Below are positions 1 through 8,200 of a stretch of 64,000 nucleotides of DNA, piece by piece. Source of the stretch: a bacterium (GTDB lineage: Bacteria; RBG-13-61-14; DATKZS01). Numbering within the stretch: position 1 is the first letter of the stretch; each line of letters opens with the position of its first letter. Below the pieces are notes generated by a model. The model was not told the origin of the DNA. It ran no database searches and saw only the letters and a list, made by a program, of their open reading frames with translations. The stretch covers positions 192,001 through 256,000 of the forward strand of contig CAXXFL010000005.1 of the NCBI GenBank assembly GCA_963674965.2, read 5' to 3'. The translations under genes were made by a program, and so were the position numbers.

Positions 1-2154
1 TCCAATGACCGTTTTTCAGCCTACACCGACTTGACCGACGAGGGGTGGCTGGACAATGACGGCAACCAATACGATCTTATGACGCGCGTTCAGCTTGACG
101 CGCGCTTCGCGGCGATAAGCCATACGCATGACGCCTCGGAGTTGATCTCGGGGACCTTAGCCTACGGCCGTTTTTCCGCCTATGAAGATTTGAGCGATGA
201 GGGGAGGCTGGACAACAACTCGGACAACGACATCCTCAGGCGCTTTCAGTCGGATGAGCGCTACGTTGAGATCACCGGGGACATTATGACCGGCGACCTG
301 GTCATCGACGGCGCCGACCTTCAGGTCAACGGCAATATCGGGATCAATCTGGCTCCTTCCTCCACGTACGGGATCAGTATCGGCAGTCCCTTCCCTAGCT
401 ACGGCGCCAACTTTCAGGGCACCCAGACCGGCGTCAGGGGCGAGGGCAACGGGACCGGCTCGACGACCGTTTACGGCGTTTACGGCTATGGATACAACGC
501 CGACACCGGGGCGGTATACGGCGGTTACTTCCAGTCGGCCACCAGCGGCGGCGGCGCGCATTACGGTATCCGGGCCTATGGCGACGACTGGGCGGCCTGG
601 CTCGAGGGCGGTCCGGTTCACGTTGGCAACTCGGGCAGCGTGAACTACGCCACCAGCGACGGCGACCTTTACGTGGAGGACGACCTCGAGGTGGATGGAG
701 ACATCGTGGCGCCGGGGGCCATCGACGTGGACGACGTGAACTTCTACTTCGCCGGCTCCAACTCGAAAGGCGGCTCGGCCATCGGTCTCGAGTGCTCGAA
801 CTGCGTGGACTCCTCCGAGGTCCAGTTCAATTACGCCGGCAGCTCGAGCGAGGGCGGGGCGGCCCAGGACCTTTCCTGTACCGACTGCGTGAGCGCCTCC
901 GAGGTTTCCTTCAACTACGCCGGGAGCGGAAGCCAGGGGGGGGCGGCCAACGACCTGAGCTGCACCACCTGCGTCAACTCGAACGAGGTCGATTTCACCT
1001 ACGCCTACTCCGCCAGCAAGGGCGGGGCGGCCACGGACCTTATGTGCACGGACTGTCTGGGCGCGACGCAAATCGACGACATCTACGTTTTCAACACCTC
1101 GGACTCCATGTCCGGTTCCCTGACCGTGGGCGGCGACCTGACCGTTACGGGGGCCAACATCGGAATAGGCATGTCTCCCAGCTCGAGCTGCGCCATCGTC
1201 AACGAGGACAACCCGGCCACCAGCTACGGCGCCTACATGTACGGGACCAGCTACGGCGTAAGGGGAAGCTGGGCCTCGGACTATAGCGACCACTACGCCT
1301 ACCTCGGCTCGCAAAGCTACGGCGTTTACAGCTATTGCGGCAACAACGACGAGTCGAGCACCAGGTACGGCGGGTCCTTTTATGGAGTCAGCACCAGTAG
1401 CGCCTACGGCGTATACGCCACGGGCTACGGATACGGAAGCGGGGCGGCTTACGGCATGAGAGGATACGGTTATAACCTCAGCACCGGCGCGGCTTACGGA
1501 GGATACTTCGTCTCCAACGCGGGAAGCTCGGGCACGGACTACGCCGTGTACGCCGACGGCGAGGACTACGGACTGTACGTCTCGAGCGGTACCAAGAGCT
1601 GGGTCAACCCCGACCCCGAGGACCCCACCAAGGCCGTCGTTTACGCCACCCTCGAGGGAGGCGAGAACGGGACTTACGTGAGGGGAACGGCAACCCTCGA
1701 GAACGGAAAGGCCACCGTGGTCCTGCCCGACCACTTCCGCAAGGTCACCAACCCGGAAGAAAATATCACCGTCCAGGTCACTCCCCGCTCGGCGGCTTCC
1801 CTCGGGCTGGCCGTGACCAGCCGCTCGAACTCCGAGATCGTGGTCGAGGAGCTTTCTAGCGGGACTGGAAATTACGAGTTCGATTACATAGTCCACGGGC
1901 TCCGGCTCGGGTACGAGGATTACGAGCCCATTATCGACAACGTGGATTACGTTCCTTTCCAGGGCAACCTCGAGGCCATGGACCCCTCGGATATGACGTC
2001 CCAGGAATGGTATGACTCGAAAAGGGACGGGCTTAAGAAAATATTCAAGAAAAACGGCACATTGGATGAAAACGGCAAGGTTAACGAAAAGCTCTTCCGG
2101 GAAAAAGCCTGGAAGAACGTGAAGGTCAAAGAGCAAAAGCCGGAAGAAAAATAG
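1..2154 (+). CDS. Secreted fibre/adhesin-like protein, 5'-truncated: YG-rich repeats, 28-aa CxxC repeats and a C-terminal domain resembling those on trimeric fibre proteins
   Basis: Frame is open from base 1 (SNDRFSAYTDLTDEGWLDN, echoing the later RFSAYEDLSDEGRLDN). Repeated GVYG/YGGYF motifs. C-terminal GTKSWVNPDP..YATLEGGENGTYVRGTATL..LPDHF..TVQVTP block. Confidence 0.6.
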   Translation, partial: SNDRFSAYTDLTDEGWLDNDGNQYDLMTRVQLDARFAAISHTHDASELISGTLAYGRFSAYEDLSDEGRLDNNSDNDILRRFQSDERYVEITGDIMTGDLVIDGADLQVNGNIGINLAPSSTYGISIGSPFPSYGANFQGTQTGVRGEGNGTGSTTVYGVYGYGYNADTGAVYGGYFQSATSGGGAHYGIRAYGDDWAAWLEGGPVHVGNSGSVNYATSDGDLYVEDDLEVDGDIVAPGAIDVDDVNFYFAGSNSKGGSAIGLECSNCVDSSEVQFNYAGSSSEGGAAQDLSCTDCVSASEVSFNYAGSGSQGGAANDLSCTTCVNSNEVDFTYAYSASKGGAATDLMCTDCLGATQIDDIYVFNTSDSMSGSLTVGGDLTVTGANIGIGMSPSSSCAIVNEDNPATSYGAYMYGTSYGVRGSWASDYSDHYAYLGSQSYGVYSYCGNNDESSTRYGGSFYGVSTSSAYGVYATGYGYGSGAAYGMRGYGYNLSTGAAYGGYFVSNAGSSGTDYAVYADGEDYGLYVSSGTKSWVNPDPEDPTKAVVYATLEGGENGTYVRGTATLENGKATVVLPDHFRKVTNPEENITVQVTPRSAASLGLAVTSRSNSEIVVEELSSGTGNYEFDYIVHGLRLGYEDYEPIIDNVDYVPFQGNLEAMDPSDMTSQEWYDSKRDGLKKIFKKNGTLDENGKVNEKLFREKAWKNVKVKEQKPEEK
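736..1060 (+). repeat. Four tandem 84-bp (28-aa) coding repeats, consensus F(N/T/Y)(Y/F)AxSxSxGGAAxDLxCxxCV
   Basis: Units start at about 742, 826, 910 and 994, and each contains a CxxC. Confidence 0.85.
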
Positions 2155-2180
2155 ACTTTTATCGTAAATTATTCATGGGC

Positions 2181-2220
2181 AAGCCCTTCGGTCCGAGGCT
2201 ACGGTCCGAGGGGCTTTTGT
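2181..2220 (+). terminator. Probable intrinsic terminator after the fibre-like gene
   Basis: AAGCCCTTCGG...CCGAGGGGCTT stem followed by TTGTCTT. Confidence 0.6.
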
Positions 2221-2256
2221 CTTAAATTTCAGAAAGTTAGTATAGGAGGCCCTCCC

Positions 2257-5200
2257 GTGAATCCAAGGTTTCTCGGTTTTGCCCTTGTCGCGCTTATGGC
2301 GCTCGTCTTTCCTCTTTCTTCCTTGGCCCAGGACTCGGACGGCGACGGAATGCCGGACTGGTGGGAAAACACCTACTTTTGCGTCAACGTCTCGGTGGCC
2401 GATTCCCTCGGGGACCCGGATATGGACGAGCTTGCCAACATGGGCGAGTACCTCCAGTCGACCAACCCCTGTTCCGCCGACTCGGACTTCGACCAGATGC
2501 CGGACGGATGGGAGGTCGATAACGGCCTCAACCCCAACGGCAACGACGCCTCGGGCGATCCGGACTCGGACCAGTTCACCAACCTTCAGGAATACAACGC
2601 CGGGTCCGACCCCCAGGACCCGGGTTCATTCCCCCTGCCGGTCATAACCTCGATCGTGCCCGAGACCATCGAGGCCGGAAGCACGGCCACGATCGATATC
2701 TATGGCGCCAACTTCAACGCCGGGGCCAGGATACTTTTCGGGGAAGGCGTTATTTTCGACGGCGACACGGTGCTCGGCTCCGGGCACATGCAAGCCCAGA
2801 TCGAGATCGAGGAAGACGCTCCCGTGGGTTTCATTACCGTCAAGGCGCTTAATGAGACCCCCTACCCGGCCATGGGGCCCGTTTATATCAACAAGCTCTA
2901 CGTCACCCGCCTGGGCATGAGCGTGACCCTTTCGCTAGAAGGGCCCGAGTCCGCGGGCGAGTGGGAGTTCGGCATGGTCGTATCCGATATCGGCAACGTG
3001 GACGGCGACTCTTATAGCGACGTGCTGGTGGGCAGGTCGCAGACGGCCTTCGCTTCGGTCTATTCCGGCGTTGACGGAAGCTTGATCTATTCACTTTCCG
3101 ATTATAACTGGGGTGAGGGCAAGGCCGCGGCGAGCCTGGGAGACATAGACGGCGACGGGCGGGACGACTTCGCGGTCGATGACGGCCAGACGGTGGTCGT
3201 GTACAGCGGGATCGACGGCGACACGATAAACGCCTTCCAGTTGGAGGACGCCAACCACCATTTTCTCAGCCTCGAGTCCATCGAGGACATGAACTCGGAC
3301 GGCAAGAGGGACCTTCTGGTGGGTAACTACGCCTGGAATTTTCCATACCAGAGCTACTTATACGGCAAGGTTTACGCCTACGACGTGGACCCTTCAAACG
3401 GCGACACCCTGCTCGATTCCTATCGCCCATGGTACGGCGGCGTGGAGTTTTTCGGTTGGGACGTAACCTCCATCTCCCGCGCCGGCAGGGACGACGTGGT
3501 CGTCGGGGCGATCCACGACCAGCAGGACACAAAGATGGACCAGTGTGGGGCCATACACGTCATGGCGGGCCTGGACGGAGCGACCCTTTTGGAAATGGCC
3601 GGCGACACGGCCTACCGGCTGCTGGGGTATTCCGTCGCGGGCATCGAGGACCTTGACGGAGACTCGGTGGGCGACTTTATCGCGGGCGGCCCGGGGAATT
3701 ACGACTTAAGCAACCTCGAGTCCCACGTCTACGTGTTTTCCGGCGCCGACGGCTCGACCATTCTCGATATAGTGGGCGAGGGAGGACAGGGGTCCTTCGG
3801 CATGGCGGTCGACGCCATCGGAGACTTGAACGGCGACGGCAAACAAGATATCGCCGTGGGATGCCGTTTTTGCCAGACGCCCCAAAAAGAGCCGGCCGGG
3901 GGAGTGTATTTTTACTCCGGCGCCGACGGGTCGCTTCTTTACGCGTCCTACGGCCTGAGCGACGAGAGCTGGTTCGGATACGACGTGGCCAACGGCGGAG
4001 ACATTGACGGCGACGGCAATGACGACCTCATCGTGGGCGCGCCGAGAGACGCTCCCGGCGGCAAGGTCCACGTGCTGGCCAAGGACACCGACGGCGACGG
4101 ACTCACCGACGGAAAAGAGAGTCTTTTCGGCACGAACGCCAACCATCCGGACACGGACCACGACGGCATGACCGACTATTACGAGTACGTCTCGGGCCTG
4201 AACCCGCTGGTTGACGACGCGGCCCTGGACCTCGACGGGGACTCGATCACGAACCTTGACGAGTTTCTTTTCGGGTCCAACGCCTCGATGGTGGACACCG
4301 ACTCGGACGGAATATCCGACCTGGTCGAGTATACCTGGAGCCGATGGGGAGCGGGCGGAAGTCCCGCGACTCGGGACTCGGACGGCGACGGGATTATTGA
4401 CCCGATCGACAACTGCTCCAATTACAACCCCGACCAGGCTGACGCGGACGACGACGGGATCGGCGACCTCTGCGACGAGGGGGGCTATTATTACTCGAAA
4501 AGCGGCGCGGCCTTCGGTGACTGGTTCGGATACTGCATCGGCGGGGGTGGAGACGTAAACAAGGACGGCGTGAACGATTATATTATTTCGGCCCAAAAGG
4601 CCCGAATCGTGGACCAGGACTCGGGCCGGGCCTACGTTTTCTCCGGCCTGGACGGCGAGACCTTATTTCAGATAGACGGGGACACCGCTTTCGCTCGGGC
4701 GGGTTTTTTCGAGAGCGCCGCCATTCTCGGCGACCTTAACGGCGACGGATACGACGACTTCGCCGTGGGTCACGGCTCGATAGGAGCGGGGCCGGCGGAG
4801 CAAGGATACTCCGTTTTTTACTCCGGGTTTGACGGCTCGACCCTTGATATTAACGGCCAATCGGGAGATTATTTCGGGAGCCAGATCACGCCCCTGGGCG
4901 ACGTGGATGGGGACGGGATTCCCGACGCCGTCATTGGCACGCGTTCCGCCTATATCCATTTTTTTTCCGGTTACGACCGCGTCAACTATTGGCTCATGCA
5001 GTTTCTCGACGGCAGGCGCTTCGGGTGGGACATGGCCAACGCCGGCGACGTGGACGGGGACGACTTTAACGACTTCGTCATCAGCTACCAGGACAAGCTC
5101 TACGTCAATGATTACCTGGCGGCTTACTCGACGGGCGACTACTCCCAGATATTCCTCAAGGAGTTCACCGACCTCGATCTGGTCCACGTGGACGGCCTGG

Positions 5201-8200
5201 GCGACGTGGACGGCGACGGCCGTTCCGATTTGTTGGCCGACCTCGAGTCTTATATCAACGCCTACTCCGGCAGGGACGGCTCGACCATATTCTCGATCGA
5301 CTCGACCCCCTCGAGTACCCACTACACCATCGGCGTGGGCGACCTGAACCACGACGGCTACAAGGACATAGCCCACGTGAACGGCGACAACGGCCACATC
5401 TTCATTTACTCCGGCCTTGACGGCGAGACCCTGGACATGAAAACCGTGGGCGCCATCGACCACGACACCGTCTCGATCGGCGCGCCGGGCGACCTTAACG
5501 GCGACGGCAAGAGCGACTTCATCGTGGGGGCCGCGGGCCCGCAGATCGGCAAGGCCTACGTCTTCCTGGCCGACGCCCTGGACGTGGACCAGGACGGAAT
5601 GCCCAACGGGTACGAGGACCGAAACGGCCTGGACAAAAACGACCCGGGCGACCGCCTCCTGGACCCTGACGGCGACGGCTTCGCGAACGTGCAGGAATTT
5701 TTCATGTTCACGCCGGCGGGCGTCGCCAACGATTCGCTTCCCGACTCGGACGGCGACGGTCTTCCCGACGTCTGGGAGCTTCACCTGGGCACGGGCATGA
5801 CGGCCTACGACGCTCTTTCCGACCCGGACGGCGACGGCATCGTCAACCTGGCCGAGTACGCGAACGGCACTTATCCGCGCGTTTCCAACTACGACATGAA
5901 CGACAAGGACGCCGACGGGTTGGCGGACCTTTGGGAAATCCTCATGGGCATCGACCCCTCGACCTCGAACGCCTTTAACGACCACGACGGCGACGGACAG
6001 CCCAACGTCATCGAGTACCAGCGCGGCTCCGACCCCCTGGCGGCCGAGCCGGTCCCCGCCTCGGAGTGCTGGTGCCAGGGCTGCGCGTTCCACCAGGGCG
6101 CCCTTTACTCGAGCACGATCTCCCTCGAGTTCGGCTATAGCGTGGACAACCCCTTCGCCGAGCTTGTCCTTTACGCCTCCTATAACCAGGGCGTCTACTC
6201 CCCGAGCTACATAGTGCCCAGCGCCGACCCCGACGGTCTGGGAGGGACCTTCTCCTTTGTCTCCGGCTACGGAGACGGACGCCACGACTTCTATACCTCG
6301 GCGGCCCTTTCCTTTTTCCTGATGGAACTGCCGCCGCCTACGCCCGACCTGACGGTCATTATCGACCGCCAGGCGCCGGACGCGAGCGTGGTCTCGCCCA
6401 CGCCCCTTTTCTCCGACGGCGCGACCGTTTCGATTTACTTTACCTCGGTTGACGCCAACGACGGCGATCCCTCGAACCGCCTCTGGTACCGATACGAGGG
6501 AGGGGCCTGGCAGGACACGGGCATGACGCTGGGCGGAACTTCCGGCTCGTTCCAGTTCGACCCCGGCGACGGTGACGGGGACTACGACTTCACCCTTACC
6601 GCGACCGATTTCCTGGGCAACGCCGACCCGTCGCCCAACTCGAGTCCTCCCGCCTCCTTCTGGACCATGACCGTCGACACCAGCGCGCCGGCGTCTTTCG
6701 CGGTATTCGACGGCCTGGTCCCCGGCGCGGACCAGGATTACTCGGTGGACTCGAGCGCCCTGGCCGCCAACTGGACGGCCTCGAGTCCCCCTCCTCCCGC
6801 CGGCCTGGACCGCTACGACTGGGCCCTGGGCACGGCTCCTTACCCGTCGTCCGGCTGGGACGAGGTCATGGGCTGGACCGACGACTACGTGGTCGACGGC
6901 GGGAGTTACCTTTACGTTTCCTGCAACCAGATCACCTGTCCCGGCGTCCAGTTCCTGGAGGGCGAGACCTATTACTTCAGCGTGAGGGCCGTGAGCGGGT
7001 CGGGCGTCGAGACGTTGGCGCTCAGCGACGGGATCAAGATCGACTCCGAGGCCCCGGTCATCGACTACTCGTCTCCGGCCCACCGCGAGCTGATTTTCGG
7101 CCAGCTCGTGGGCAGCGACGTGATCCTGTCGGCCCTCTCCGCCTCGGTCCATCTGGACGACGGCTCCGGCTCGGGCCTTGACTGGGACACCCTCGAGATC
7201 ACGCTGGATTTCGACTCGGTCTCGGGGACCACCGTGGGCGACACGGTGAGCTTTTCCGGCTCGGACCTGTATCAGGGCAACCACGTGATCAACGTCCAGG
7301 TCTCGGACCTGGCCGGCAACGATCTAAACCGCAACGTCATCTTCACCGTCGAGGACCCCAGGCGCGTGATTGTCAACCCGACCCTGGCCGAGTGGGTCCC
7401 GGGCGACGGGCCCATCGCCTTCACGGCCGACGGCGGCACGGGAGGCTACAGGTGGGTGGCCACCGGCGGCTCTCTCGACTCGGTCACGGCCGAGGAGGTT
7501 TCCTATACCCCGGGCGGCGACCCGGGCGCCTACCTGGTGGCGGTTTCCGACTCGAGGCTGACCAGCGCCCAGGCGACGGTGGTGCTGCGCGGCGAGGTCT
7601 CGGTCTCTCCGGCCCTGGCCCGTCTGAATCATGGAGACACGCTTACCTTCCTGGCCGACGGCGGGACCGGAGTCTTCCAGTGGACCGCGGCCGGGGGCTC
7701 CTGCTACCTTAGCGGGGACCGGAACGAGGCCTGCCTCTTCACCGCCGGCGTGACGGACGGAGAATACTCGATCCGGGCCCAGGAGCAAGGGGGCAACTCC
7801 TTTACCAGCCGCCTGGTGATAGTCGGGTCGGTGGGCCGGGCCGTCATCGTGGTGGGCGGCGGGCTGGCCGACTCGAACGGCCAGGTCGAGGCCTCCAACC
7901 AGATGGGACACTACGTCTACGAGACGCTTCTCGCGAGGGGTTTCTCTCCCGAGCAGATCATGTACCTGAACCCCGACCCCACCCAGTTATACGACGGGAA
8001 TGGGGACGGCTTCTCCGACGACGTGGACGGCGAGCCCACGCCGGCTTCCCTCCAAAACGCCATCGTGACCTGGGCCTCGACCGCCCAGGGACCAAACGCT
8101 CCCCCCGTCGGGCCCGGCGCGCCTCTTGTCCTTTACATGCTCGACCACGGGGCCGACGACTCCTTTTTAATCAACTTCGACGCCTCCGGCATGGGTCAGG

